Source: Callorhinchus milii
Lineage: Eukaryota
Length of the DNA stretch: 64,000 bases
Assembly (NCBI RefSeq): GCF_018977255.1
Contig: NW_024704742.1
Span: forward strand, 109,246,001 to 109,310,000
Reading direction: 5' to 3'
A program made the position numbers and the translations under genes. The notes under the pieces were generated by a model. The model saw only the letters and a list, made by a program, of their open reading frames with translations, did no database searches and was not told the origin of the DNA. Positions 12,541 through 26,399 of this stretch are shown here, piece after piece. Position 1 is the first letter of the stretch, and each line of letters begins with the position of its first letter.

Positions 12541-12900
12541 AGCGTGGCTCAGTTAGTAGTACTCTTAACTCTGACTCAGAAGGATGTGGGTTCAAGACCT
12601 ATGAGACCTTTGAGCTCATAGTCAAGATTGATGCTCCAATGCAATGCTGGGGGAGGACTACTGCATTGTCGGAGGTGTCGTCCTTTTGATGAGGTGTTAA
12701 AGTGGACAATAAAGATCAAAAGAGAAGGGAATGTGACAGTATCCTGGTCAATAATTCCCTAGATAGATTGACCATTCACTTTCACTGTTTGTGGGACAGT
12801 GCTACAACAAATTGGCTGCTGTGTACAAATATAGTGATTGCACTTTATGGTAACTGTGAAGTGATAAGACTGTATCAAATGCAAGGAATATTATTACTAC
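12541..12900 (+). mobile_element. Deu-domain (DeuSINE-like) tRNA SINE
   Basis: TGGCTCAGTTAG A box, GGTTCAAG B box, GCATTGTCGGAGGTG...GATGAG..GTTAAA core, L2-type tail. Confidence 0.7.
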
Positions 12901-13689
12901 AAGGAGGTTACCAATGTCCTTGTGAGAACAATTGCCAATTATCAACAAAAATCGACAATCAAAGACCTTGATTTGACATCTCATCAAAAGGCAACACCTC
13001 AGAGAATATAGTGCTCCCCGCAGCATTATGTTGGAGCTTAAACTTTGCCTACGAAAACTCGACCCTGGCCGTATCTTCTTCCTCCTGCTTATCCTCCACC
13101 CCACCCACCTACTGCTTTTAAAATGATATCATTTCAGTTTTACATATAAATGAACGTTATAATGAAATAAATGCTTTATTAAATAATCAGTTAGCTGAAG
13201 GAATTGATTTAGATGAATAAGATTTGCTCTAATGATCTAAACTGTAGCTGGGAACATTTGCATAATCATCTACCTTTATATTGCCAGGCTTAAAACTAAT
13301 GCTGGATCAAAAAGCTAATTTACCTGGCAGGAAAGGCAGCTTTATCAGTCACCGATTATTTGAATATGAGGTTCACCACAGCAACATAAAGTTTCCAAGT
13401 AAAATTAGTGCAGATTGATCTAAGTGCAGTTCAGCATTTGGTGAAGACCATTATGTATAACATTTTTTCCTTTTTTGTAATATTGAACATAAATCCTTCA
13501 ATTCATGACACCCCAGTGGAACTCTTCCAGAGATTAAGATGAGGAATTAGTCAGTGAATCATTTTATCTCGACACCAGCACTCCCAGTACACATCTTGGA
13601 TGTCTGTAATACAGCAATTTATCACGAGATTATACAGCAAAAATAATGCTAATCCTTTAATCTGGTCTAATCCTTTCACACCAGGATGA

Positions 13690-14035
13690 TTCCGAAGCTC
13701 TTTGCAGTATTTACTGTGCAGTGGAGTGACTGAGTATTTGTAGGTAACTGTGGAAGCCCAATTCTGCTCAGCAACAACTCACAAACAGCCATGAGACAAA
13801 TTAACAATTTTATTTGGGGGATTCTTGTCCAAGAGAAACTGCCTTCTCTTGTCGAGTTGTGTGATGGGATCTTTAACGTCACTTGAGCAGGCAGATGGGG
13901 CCTCGGTTTAACATTTCATCTGAAGGATGGTACCTCTAACAATGCACTGCCCCCCCACACATACAGCGTTGCATTGGAGTGAGCCGAGACTATGTGAATT
14001 CAAAGTCCTGATGTGGGACTTGAACTCATAACCTT
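13690..14035 (-). mobile_element. DeuSINE-like element
   Basis: Reverse complement contains TTAAACCGAGGCCCCATCTGCCTGCTCAAGTGACGTTAAAGATCCCAT (Deu core). Confidence 0.75.
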
Positions 14036-14545
14036 ATTATTATCATTTATTATTTATGCTGATAAAAAAATCCTTGTGTTTGATATTGTAAATTGCCTAT
14101 AAAAAATCCAGTCAATATAGTTTACATTATATCCTTTGAAACACTTGACATGAAAGGCACAATATCAAATGCAAGGATTATTGGTGTTTGATATTGCGCT
14201 GATGTCATATTTCTGGCAGTTTATATGCAGGGTGCTATTCAGGCTGGAATGAGACAATTGCTGGAAGAGGGAAGTTGACTTTTGAGTAGAAGTTGGGATG
14301 AAATAACTTCAAAGTGCTCATAACATACATTGAGATAACTTCGAGACAGATTCTCTGTGAAACATTGGACTGGTTGAAGTTATTCTAGATTACTCTAAAA
14401 AACAGGAGGTTAGCTTTGAATATTATTTGTACTTTACCCATTTTGAACTTTGTGTTTTCGATGTTCTGTTCTGCAACAAATATTCTATTTGCAAAAGTTA
14501 TTTTTAAATTAGATTTTTCCTAAACAAAGGGACCAGTGTTTTGTT

Positions 14546-14650
14546 AAAAATCAGAACAGCAAATGCAGGAAAAGTGGAGCAAGTCAATCATCAGCATCTG
14601 AAAAAGAAAGAAATATAGATTAATATTTCAGGTATAACCTTGCATCAGAG
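14546..14650 (-). mobile_element. Diverged Penelope-like 3' terminal fragment with decayed hammerhead
   Basis: Minus strand CTGATGCAAGGTTATACCTGAAATATTAATC...CAGATGCTG... Confidence 0.6.
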
Positions 14651-15494
14651 GAGGAGTTGGCAAAAAAGAAAGAATTGTCATTCTTATACTGCCTGGTGAG
14701 ACTCACTATAAGTGCATGAAAATTAAGACAGAATAAAGTAGGGATGTTATTTTTTATTTTGTTTAGCGTCTAAAATTTTGCACCAGTCTTTTATCCCAGC
14801 AGAAAATTGAATCGTGTAAACCAGTCATCCTTCCACGTGTTGAAAGTACGATTGGAGAAAAAACTAATGTTTTTTTTGTCAGCCAGGTGTCTTGACACCT
14901 GCGGAAACCCATCACCACACTTAATAGTATCCAAACCAAGCTGAGATGTTAAAGCTTGAGAATATAATGAATATTCATTAACAGTTAAAAATAGCAAAGT
15001 ATTGTTGTGTTCAGTGACTCGATTAGTTAATGCAAATGTGTGTTGTAAAATTCGACCCAGTGCATTTGAATATCAGTCAAAACACACAAAAACACATCAT
15101 TAAAACCTTATGCAAATGAACATTGTGAGTGGTTTTAGGCAGCTACCTACAAACATACATTAACTAAAATTGAAGCAAGTTCAGAGAAGAGTAACCATGA
15201 TGATTCCATGATTCAGGATTGAAGACAGACTTACAGAACTAAATGTACTCTTATTAGACAAAAGAACAAAAGGGAGATGATCCAGTTCTTTAAAATGCTG
15301 AGAGGGATGAACTGTGTCCATGTAGATTTAAGTAGTTTATTTATCTTGTTCTTCAAATACATAACTGGAAACACAAAAAAATCAAGCAGAATTAGAAATA
15401 AGAAGGATTCACCCCCCCACACACACACACACACATACACAGAGCAACGTTGCGCATATTTGGAATAGCAGATTATTAATAGCAGAGCCGGTCA

Positions 15495-16327
15495 TGACAC
15501 GGATGTGGGGTAGAAAGCATAGTTGAGGGTCAAACCAGACCCCAAGATTCTGGACTGGCTCAGCGAGGTGGAGTGTGCAACCGTGGATATTGATGCTATC
15601 AGAGCCTGAAGTGAGGAGGTGCTGACGAGGGCCAATCAGGAGGGCCTCGGTCTCGTTGACATTCAACTGAAGAAAGTTAGTTCTCATCCAGGACTTGATG
15701 TCTGACAGACATTCTGTCAGCACAGCAGTGGTCCTGGAGTCGAGGGTGGAGGCAGAGAGAGAGAGTTGGGTGTCTTCCGCATACATGTGGAAGTTGACCC
15801 CATGTCTGCGGATGATGTCACAAAGTGGGAGCATATAGATAGTGAAGAGGAGGGAACCGAGGACAGAGCCCTGAAGAACACCGCACGAGATGGTGCGGGA
15901 GCTAGAGGAGAAACCGCTTGTGGAGATGAAGTGGGGACGGTCTGAGAGGTACTATCTGAACCATTCAAGGACAGAACCATGAAGAGTGAGAGGAGAGGCA
16001 GTGATTGAGGATAGAGTGGTCGAAGGTATTGGAGGTATCGGTATCGGTATCGGTATCGAAACAGAGAGATCAAGGAGGATGAGGAGGCAGAGGGAGCCCT
16101 GGTCGCAGATGGACAGAATGTCATTTGTCACATTGACCAGAGCTGTTTCTGTGCTATGGGCGGCACGGAAACCCGATTGGAGGGGTTCGTGAAGGGAGTG
16201 TCGGGAGAGGAAGGAGCGAAGCTAGGAAGCAAAACTTGTTCCAGGATCTTGGAAAGGAAAGGTTGGAGATGGGCCGGTAGTGTGAGAGCAGCAATGGGTC
16301 CTGGGAGAGTTTTTTAAGGAAAGGAGT
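15495..16327 (-). mobile_element. L2 LINE RT fragment
   Basis: ORF MLPLCDIIRRHGVNFHMYAEDTQL...WMRTNFLQLN..TEALLIG...NLGVWFD is L2 RT with YADD decayed to YAED. Confidence 0.92.
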
Positions 16328-16759
16328 TTATAACACAGGATATAAGATTAATTAAGAACATGGAACATATGAGAACAGGACAAGAGGAGGCTATTCAACA
16401 CACCAAATCTGTTCCATGAGTTTCTTTCTTTCACTTGCATTTGATGTAATGATTTCATATTAGGAGGACGTCTCAAAGCGCCTCACAGGATATCCTGTAA
16501 AAATGTGACTGGGCACTTTGTAGGCAAATGCATCAGCCAATATGTACACAGCGATGCTCCACAAACAGCATTGAAGTGAGTAACCAATTTTAATCAGTTT
16601 GTTTATTCGATCATGTCAGATATTTTAATCCCAGTACCATTCCCTTTCATTATAACCCTTGATACCTCTTCGCAACATTGCCAGACTCTGTCACTGACTC
16701 GCCCTTCAGGCTGCCGAAACCCTCACTCACACATTCGTCACATCAAGATTCGATTACGG

Positions 16760-17310
16760 GAAGTCCCTCCTCATCGGCCTTCCCAACTCTTCCCTTCACA
16801 GGCTGCAGATCATCCAAAACTCATGTACTCGTGCTCGTGTACTCTCGCGCACCAGGCTCCGCGACCCCATCACTCCCACCCTCGTCCGACTCCCACCCTC
16901 GTCCTCACTTTCAAGGCCATACATGGCCTTGCCCCCTCCTACCTCTCTGACCTGCTGACTCCCTACCAACCTGCCCACTCCCTCCGTTCAGCGGGCCCCG
17001 GGCTGCTCCATATCTTCCGCCCGATCTACCCTACCATCGGTGGCCAGGCTTTCAGCCTATCTGCCCCCACACTCTGGAACTCCATACCACGGTCCCTTCG
17101 CTTCGCTTCCTCTCTTGCCTCCTTCAAGGCCGGTCTCAAGACACTTTTCTTCAATCATGCCTTTGGTCGGCCTCTCAGCTCTCTACCTTCCCTTACCCCT
17201 TCACGACCCCTCCCTCATGCTCGGGCCCCGACACCTGACTGTTCAGCGCTTTGGGACGTCCTCTCGATGTGAAAAGCTCTCTGTAAATGTAATTTTGTTG
17301 TGTGTTGTTC
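16760..17310 (+). mobile_element. L2 LINE 3' end
   Basis: LVLTFKAIHGLAPSYLSDLL...GGQAFS..APTLWNSIP...FKAGLKT, followed by the 3' stem-loop and GTT tail. Confidence 0.9.
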
Positions 17311-18324
17311 TTCAGGAGATTGTATGTAGGCTGTAAAAAGTCCACTAAGTGGAGATTTGTTGTTTCATGTTTTTTTTACAAATAACATGATGAACTTTAT
17401 TGCAACAAACTGTAATAATGGAGTTTCTCCTGGTCAACAATGCCCCAACTAAAATTGGTCATTCACTTCCTGGCTGTTTGTGGGACATTGCTGTGTGCAA
17501 ATTGCTGCAGTGTTTACCCACAAAGTACACAGGTGCTAGCAGTATATTTTGTGAAGTGCTTTGAGATGATCTTGTGAAATTGAATATATATATTAAATAA
17601 TAATGACGATCCTTCATCCTTGCATTTGATATCTTGCCTTATCACGTTGTTGAGACATCGCAAAGCGCTTCACAGAATATGCTGTGAAGTGAATTAACTG
17701 TATATTTTGTGAATGCAAGGATTACTATTATTATGACTTGAATATGAAAGTCACAAACTGGCTAAAGTTCTAAACATTGAAACATAGTTAAGACGTGTAT
17801 AATTTGCCTTTTCTTACACGTTCATCTGCTAAGACCCTCAAAAAACAAGTGTACTGTATTAAAAATTTGCAAATTCATAAAAAGCCAGGAGACTACAACA
17901 GCGGAAGGACTTTCAGTGTTCTACGAAGAGCAATTATTTAGATACATGTTTATGGAATTTCTCTTTTTATAAAGACATTATGAAAACATCACTAGCATTG
18001 GCAATTGGCACACAAATAAGTACCACTGTGTGAAGCAATTTGAGACATTTTGATGTCATATATCAAATAAAAGTATTATTTATTATTTATATTAATCTAA
18101 CACAGTGGAAATAGTAGACCAGTTAATCAACAGGAACCAACCTTGCTGTTACATGACACCGTCACAAAATAATACAAATGTCAGCTGTACAGTACTTACT
18201 AGTCAGTTTAACTTGCTGCTCAGTATAATGCTACAAACTCTCAGTACTCAATGCCACTGAGTACTCAATGCTACAGACCACAATACTCAATATAATGGAC
18301 CTCGGTACTCAATACTAAAAGAGG

Positions 18325-18935
18325 CTGAAGGCTCGACCGTCGATGGTGGGGTGGGCCGAGCAGGGGACATGAAGTCCGCTGAGCAGAGGGAGCTGACAGG
18401 TTGATAAGGGGTCAGCAGGTCACAGAAGTAGAAGGGAGCAAGGCCATGGAGCGCCTTGAAAGTGAGGCCAAGGATTTTGAACTCGATCCTCTAAGGGTTG
18501 GGGAGCCAGTGGAGCCGGGCGAGGGTGGCAGTGATGGGGTCACGGAGCCTGGTGCGGGAGAGGACATGAGCTTCAGAGTTCTGGATGATCTGCAACTTGT
18601 GGAGGGAAGTGTTGGGAAGACTGAGCTGGCGCATTCGAGCCTGGATGTAACAGGAACTGTGCCGGTTGACAGGGAGAGGTTGATGAGGTCTGAGAGTAAA
18701 GGAATGAGAAGGTGGAGCTGGGAGATAAGGAGAGGGGTAGGGATGGGGTCGAAGATGCAGATGGAAGGCTTCATGCAGGTTACATTGGTGGTGAGAGAGG
18801 AGAAGGAGACAGGTTCGAAGGTTTGGAGGGAGAGATGGGTAGGGGCCGGACTGTGAGGGAGAGATGGGGAGGGCGGAAGTGGCTGAACGGATCCCCTCGA
18901 GTTTGATCCCCGAGAAAATCCAGCATCTCCTCGCA
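18325..18935 (-). mobile_element. L2 LINE fragments (internally deleted)
   Basis: DPIPTPLL, LINLSLSTGTVP and DPITATLARLHWLP motifs. Confidence 0.85.
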
Positions 18936-19879
18936 GTTGGAGAACACAAAATTTTGCCCAGAAAATACACAGTTACTCCACTTTACAGTATATTCTGTGA
19001 AGCGCTTTGTCAGATGCAAGAATTATTATTATTATTGAGATCACCCAGAGGGTTGATTTGATTATGACAGTCAATTGCCAAGCACGTCACTTTGGAGCTA
19101 GCTCAATTCCAAGGAGAATCCACATACCTTCCATCGCCCCCAAGGGATCTGACATAAAAATGGGCTGAGACACAGTGAGAATTTTCCTCAAATCAAATTA
19201 ATAATCTGTCCCTTGGGGTTGCAGCAAGGATTTACTCAGCATTTATATGGAACTTTGTAGAATGAGCCCACGATAAATAATAAGGAATTAAGGTGATTTT
19301 TAAGTCAGTACAATGTTTTTCATCAACTCTGTCGCTTTGCCTTGCAAAGGTTTCATGTGTGCTGCTAACACACTACATTATGTTGTCTGATGTGCGCAAT
19401 TGGCTGCCGTGTTTCGCCCACAAATATACAGTCAATTCACTTTACAGTATATTCTGTGAAGAGCTTTGAGATGTCTCGAAGACGTGAAAAGCACTATATC
19501 AAATGCAAGGATTACTATTATTTATTATTATTACATTGTAATTAAAAGGTGGGAAAATGAGAAAACAAATACTTTGCTGTAATTTCAGCATTATTCAGGA
19601 CTGAATATTGATGACCCTTTTAACCAATGACACCTAGCTTGCACCATGTGCTAAAAATAATATTTTTTTATATAATGGCGAATAATGCAAATATTATTTT
19701 TAGTAATTGTCAGTGAAGGACCACAATGTGAACCTATTGCATCCATCACTATCAAACATTGCCTTTTAAATGGCTTTGGGGTGCAGGTAGGTGGAAGAGG
19801 ATGACCTCATAGGATCACAGGGTGAAAAATGCCTATTTTGATCTCCATAAAATGTTTTGAGCAGACTACATGTGCTACA

Positions 19880-20290
19880 TTGTTACATAGAGCACAGAAA
19901 TATGCCATTTAGCCCAACTAGATCCATGATGCTGTTTATACACCACACAAGTCCCCAACCCTCCTATTCTCCTCATCTATACCCTTTTCGTCCCAGAGGA
20001 GCTATCAACTCTCATCCTATTGTGCTCTTTCCACGAGCCCTTTGATTTTATTCTTCCTCCAGTTTTTAAATGTTGTTACGGACACGGCTTCAGCATACAT
20101 TTTCTAACAATCTTCTTTAATCTTTTAAAAAAATCTTCCAACCTGACCTTAATTCTTTTGTAGATAATCCTCAATTATAACCTCTTGTTAATGACTCAGT
20201 CAGGGGAAATCATTATTTACACTGTCAAACCACTCATAATAATGAATACCTTAATAAGTTCCTCGCTCAACCTTCTCTGTTCCATTAAGT
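19880..20290 (-). mobile_element. Diverged CR1 3' fragment
   Basis: CR1-like 3' UTR and C-terminal coding remnants. Confidence 0.55.
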
Positions 20291-20860
20291 CAAACTTTTC
20301 TGCCTAAAATTATACATAAGATAGAAATAATTATTCTACACAAAAGAATTGACTGTTTTATTTGCGTTAACATTTAGTGCCATCGTGTTTAAAAAAAACA
20401 GACTCAGATTAAAGTGTTCAAATAATATTTTCCTGCAGCTTTATTTTCCCTGTGGTGGGTTTGTCAGTGCCCTTATTATCTCAGTGCCCTTATTATCTCA
20501 GTGCTTCTGTGAGCAATCCCTTCTGTGAGGTTGAGATTTAATTGTGCGTGTGGATAGCTTTCATTCCCTGCTCAGCGCTATTCTCTGATATAAGGACAGT
20601 TTATATCGTAGAGATAGTAAGAGATGTGTCTAGCTTTAGCTTGTTTCATTAGCAGTGCGCAGTAATTCATACTGACTACAGCAGAAGCTTTGAGTCCACT
20701 CAAATGTTGTTCAATGACAAGTAAGTATATTGCTGGTGTGGAAGGAGGCTGAATCAGGATTATGCCGCTAGGGTGCATTAATACATCAAAGTTAGCTGTA
20801 ACTCATTGGAGCTCTGGTCTATTGTCTTCTTGTGAAGCAGTTCTGTACAGAGGAGCTGTA

Positions 20861-21177
20861 TAATAATAATAATAATCCTTGCATTTGATATAGCGCTTTT
20901 CACGTCGGGAGGACATCCCAAAGCGCTTCACAGAATATACCGTAAAGTGAATTGACTGTATATTTGTGGGCGAACGCGGCAACCAATTGCGCACAGCAAT
21001 GTCCCACAAACAGTCGTAGATTGAAAATGACCAATTTATTATTGCTTTTTGTTTTGGAGGGATTATTATTAGGCGTGTGGAGTAAGGAAACTTGCCCAAG
21101 GTTTCGCCCTGCCTGGAATTGAACTCAGGTCTCTCGCTTGCAAAGCGGGTGCTCTAACCACTGAGCTACAGGACTCC
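20861..21177 (-). mobile_element. Full-length tRNA-derived SINE (same family as 1270-1596)
   Basis: Near-identical to 1270-1596 including head, body and tail. Confidence 0.93.
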
Positions 21178-22109
21178 AGTTTGGTACAGATAGTTGGGCC
21201 AGCCTGTGTACTTGATCATTTGCTACAAATGGTTTGGTACAAGCAGAAAATGATTGATGCTTATGTACAGAGCATTTGTATATAGATATGCCTCCAAACA
21301 TTACATCCTGGACATTATTAATTTATTTTCCAAAAGAATAAGGTAGAATATTTAACAAATTAATGAGACATTTCATAGTTCCAGAAAGTTTTCCCACAAA
21401 GTAATAATTTTTGGGAAATTTTAATTTGGAGACTGAACAATGGTATATACCGAATATCCCTAAACAGTCAGTATAAAGGGAATTCCTCTTTCAAATAGAA
21501 ATCACTCTGTGTGTTTATGTATATATATATTTAAAAAATTAAAAAGTTTGAAGAGCATGTAAGTATGGGCTTGAGCTACAGAGAATACATGTGCATAAAG
21601 AGTATCAGCCTTAGAACATTTACTTGTACTTTATAAAGATATCTATACTGGGCAAAGTAGTTTTTCCACTCATGAAACATATTGAGGTCAATGTTTGAAA
21701 TATTGTAACTCAGTCATGTAAATAGTTTTGGCGCCAAACCCCATTTAGCTGGCTCCAGAGCCCACATCGTAAACAGCAAAATACACTTTTCTTTGATTAA
21801 GATTTTTTTTTAAAAAACATAAAACACAGAAAAGATTTGTTTTTCAAGACAAAGGACAAAATTATGTCGGGAGGATGTTGGGACGTGAAAGGTGTTATAC
21901 TAATGTAATCTTGTTGTTGTTGTATTCCTCCATTTGTCATTATCAGCAATACTATTGATAATATTGTTTTTAAAAAATATTTATTTTTCTGAATTTTAGT
22001 GTCCAATTTATGTTTTAATTCTTCTCACTATTGGCAGATGCTCCTGGTCCCCAAACTTGTCATACTGGGAAGAGTGTTTCCAGAGGTGATGGTTGTTTTC
22101 CAGAACCCA

Positions 22110-22350
22110 ATTACTCATTGTTCGTGTGTGAGCCTTGCCAATGGGTGTTAGACATCCTAGCCAGGTCTAATGACTTCCATCTGGTTTCCACTCGCACACA
22201 CAACCATAGAAAATTATGAATCTGGAGCAGGGGTTGAGGCTGTTTTTTCGCTCCCCAATCTTGGGAAGGCCAGGGCCAATATACCCACTCACCCCCATGC
22301 AGCCCCAGCTGACACCAGTTAACTCAACATGACACAGCGTTCAAACCAGA
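22110..22350 (-). mobile_element. LF-SINE-like relic
   Basis: Minus strand TGAGTTAACTGGTGTCAGCTGGGGC...AAACAGCC...GGCTCACACACGAA resembles the recalled LF-SINE consensus. Confidence 0.5.
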
Positions 22351-22387
22351 AACAAAATATGCAGACCAAATTAAGCTTAAAACCAGA

Positions 22388-22868
22388 CAACAACAACAAC
22401 AACTTGGATTTGTATAGTGCCCTCCACGCCGGACAGCGTCTCAGAGCGCTTTACAGTTTCAGATCCCAGGACCGAGCCGGGGGAGAAGGGGGAAGATGAC
22501 CAAAGGCGCAGTCGAAAAGAAAGATCTTCAGCAGAGACCTGAAAATGGGGAGGGAGGGAGCGAGACGAAGGGAGTGAGGAAGGCAGTTCCAGAGCCTCGG
22601 AGCATAGTGGCTGAAGGCACGGCCGCCAAGGGTGGAGCGGAGGACTCGGGGGACAAGGAGGAGGCCAGACCCAGAGGATCAAAGGCAACGGGTGCTGTTT
22701 GGAGGATAGAGGAGGTCAGAGAGGTGGGTGCAGAGGAGTGTAGGGACTTGAATACGAGGTTGAGGTTCTTGAAGTCGATCCTCTCTGGGATAGGGAGCCA
22801 GTGCAGTCTGGCAAGGACTGGGGTGATCGGGGAGTGGAGTTTCCTGCGGGTGAGAATGCGGGAGGCAG
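22388..22868 (-). mobile_element. L2 LINE 3' end
   Basis: PITPVLARLHWLPIPERIDFK; (CAA)n on the + strand. Confidence 0.9.
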
Positions 22869-25800
22869 ACAATGAACAAAAGGATGTTTGCCTTATTATT
22901 TCTTGTGTAAGACAGTATCAGGGAAGACAACTAAAAGTTTGTGTTCTTTTAACTGACACAACATCTTTCTAGCTTGCTGCATATTAATGTGTTACTTCCT
23001 TTAAGTTAAAGGAAATAACACATGTTCAGTGTGGGCAATTGCAGTGGTTTCCTAACTTTTCAAATCTTTTCATCGTTCTTCCTGTGGGGCCAAGCAGCTA
23101 CGTGAGAAATATTTATAGAAAAATATGAGACGAATGAAAATTATTTACAATCCAAGAAAATAATGATCAGCTTAAATGTCATTTAAGTGAAGCTATTCAG
23201 AGGTTGTTTTTCTTCCTTGTGTTCTGTATGTCAAACAAGGACAAATGGATTAACAGCTTAATTTAATATCTTTATTTCCTGTTGGGAAATAATTTGAACA
23301 AGTCCTAAGAAAAATAAAATAGATAAATTGGTCATTCAATTTTATGCTTGTTTGTTGGACAATTGTGCACAAATTGCCTGCAGCATTCGCCTGCAGAATG
23401 TACTCACTACAATTTACAGTAAATCCTGTGAAGCTCTTTGAGATGTTCTCCTGTCATGAAAGGTGCTATATCGAATGCAAGGATTATTATAGAATTCATT
23501 CCTATCGTGGTTGATTCCAAAACTTACAATGGTTCTCTCTAGATTTGGAGAGGAATTTGCATTTAGCCCTGTAGTATACATTTACCTAATAAAATACATG
23601 TATTTGTAAAATATTACAAGGAAGTGCTCAATCTAACTTACTTAAAAGATACCATACTGGGAGGTGACATATTGACAAAAAGAACCTGCTCAGTGATCAC
23701 TGGTTAAATTTCATTAACAATAATAATAATCCTTTAATTCGATATAGCGCCTCATTGTTTCTTCAAGACGTCTCAAAGCGCTTCACAGAATATACTGTGA
23801 GGTGACTATATATTTTGTGAGCGAAACATGGTAGCCAATTGTGCACAATAGTGTCCCACAAATAATCATAGATTGAGTGACCTAATTATTATTTTTACTT
23901 ATGTAAAATGCTTATAAACTCCAGGCCTAAGGATTTCCAGTTTTTGTTCATTTATGCTCCTGCTTTTACTGTGTAATTTTCAGGTAATTCATTCCATCTG
24001 TGTAATACCTGTTATTGGTCAATGATGGCCCCAGTGGAGCTGGAACAATTTTTTTAATGGGAGGGCTGAGAGTCATTGAACAAAACTGTAAACCTTATAT
24101 ATGGTGGAAGCCATGCACTCGGTTGCTATTATATTGTTTCAAACAGTACCTGTACTTCACATATACTGTATATATAAAACTAAAGCAACCATTTCTACAA
24201 AGTGACAGGGAGTAAAGAAAGGAATCAGGCTCAAAATTTACTTGTAGTTTAAAAACAAATCCCGCTGTTCTCACACAAAGCATCCAGGTAGCAGCAGAAC
24301 TGACACTCGGTGTTTTAAACATCCTCTGCAAAACTCATTAATTATCTTAAGGGAGTTAGAAACCTATTGCGATAATTTGGCTACATTCATATCCAAAGAA
24401 CTGATGTGGATAAACTGGTGGTCTATGTCTGTTGAGTTTCGTTGGACGGTTGTGTTTTGAGGTTGAACCCACACTCGGGTGACTCAGCCCTACGCTTCCA
24501 GTTGATTGATGCAGTCAGTCCCTTTCGGCCTGTTGCTCACACGTCTGATTCAGTCCCACATATCAACATGGAAACGACAGTCTGATACAGTTGTGAAATC
24601 ATCAGGTGCAGAAATGCATATTGCAGTTTTATATTGTATACTTTATTGTAACTTACATGTGTGCGGGTATGTGTGTGTATTTGGGAGGGGGGAGAGGGTG
24701 GATATTACAGAATACAAAAAAATACACAACACTTTGTAAATGGGTGCAAATAATGTCTGCACACTGCAAAGTTGTTTTAAAATATTACTGCATTGCAAAT
24801 TAATTCTGTTACTAGCTACTGCTCTAATTAGCATTAGTTTATAAATATACCTGTTAATAATGAAACATGACAATACATTAGAAATGGGTGTGTATATGTA
24901 TATAGATTACAATGATGAACAATAGCGTACTTTGAATACAGTTTGCCAGGACTACAACCCTGCATCTATTTTCCCAGGAGAAAGTTAATCCTGGAGTTTA
25001 TTCTTCTCTCTCCCCTCCCCTGGATAATCCTGCTATTAAAACATTGTTTGTGGGAACTTTGGACAAGGTTAGTTAAAAAAACTAATCCCTTCTCCCTCCC
25101 AAAAAGATCATTTCAAACTCTCAGACAGAAACTAGCCTGTTACTCCGTCTTTTATTCTGATGAGTGAATTGTGAACATTAGTTTGATGACTATTTTTATG
25201 ATTTTTGGTCAGTTTATTGAGTGATGTTTTATTAGGTAGAAAGAAGTTGCAACCTAATCAACAAGATGGATACACACTGTCTATAGAGTCCATTTATGGG
25301 CATTATGAGGATTACAGTTATTAAAACCCCACTAAAAAACAATCATTTTACCTTAACGGTGTTTGTAACCCTATAATCAATAGCACAGTGAAGGATGCAG
25401 AACGACTGGCGATTTCAGACATATATAAAAAAATTTATATGTTGTCACCTTTCTGAAGTGAAAACTATAATTGAACTGAAAGTCTAAGATAGACAGACAG
25501 TTAGACAGACCTTTCTTTACACCTTGAGCACTTCTTTACTTTAACACAACCTTTTGTGCTTTAGCAGAAATCGTGCCTTCCACTGCCCTCTCATCTGATC
25601 ACTGTCGGATTGAGTTTCTTTTGAGAACAATACTGGTTCCTAATGGGGGTAGATGTAGATTGTTATAATTATAAAATGTAATCCCAAAAAAGTGAGAGGC
25701 AGACCAGAGAAGAGGAAATTTCCAGAGTTGTCTGGCTTTTCAGGTTAGCAGGTAGATAGGCACTCACAACATTGCACACAAAATACTGTATGTAGTTTGT

Positions 25801-26399
25801 AAATTACCTGCTGGGAATACATTTCATGGTATTTTAAGAGAGCCACAGGATCAGTGATTCTTGTAGACTTTTGGAATGACACCAGCAGGTAAACAGCACT
25901 CCTGTACTTCCCTGCCGCACTCTTAGCATCCTAGCTCCTGCGCTCTTGGTTCGCCAAAGTTTTAGATAATTCTGAAATGGCCATTTTATAGAATAGTGGT
26001 GGCCAACCTTTATGGTGTCGAAGAGGGAAGATGACTTCCCTTGGTCAAAGAGGTAAGGGAGCTGCTTGAAATCACCTTCATACTGCTTTGATTCAAAAGC
26101 CCATACACTGCAGCTCTAGACAAAGTCATTAGTTTAGGGTGAATGTCAAAGCCATCGGTTAAAAGTTGTTTCATCAGCTGTGTTTATACATGGGATTTGG
26201 ACAACAACTTTCCACTTTATTTAAATTTAGTCATAATTTGGTCAACCTGAATAGGGGAAAGACTGAATACAGAGCATTTTCATAAAGAGCAATTTCTGGA
26301 GTTTGTCTTCTTAGTGTTAAGGAGATGATATAGATTAGTAATCTATATTTTCATTTTTGGATTGTAAACTTTATTATTAATAATAACTTTATTATCCTA

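Noticed and set aside
24030..24510. Possible hAT-type MITE (CAGTGGAGCTGGAAC left end); similar hints at ~39940-40060 and ~58900-59010
   Set aside because: Matching second terminus and 8-bp target-site duplication could not be established.
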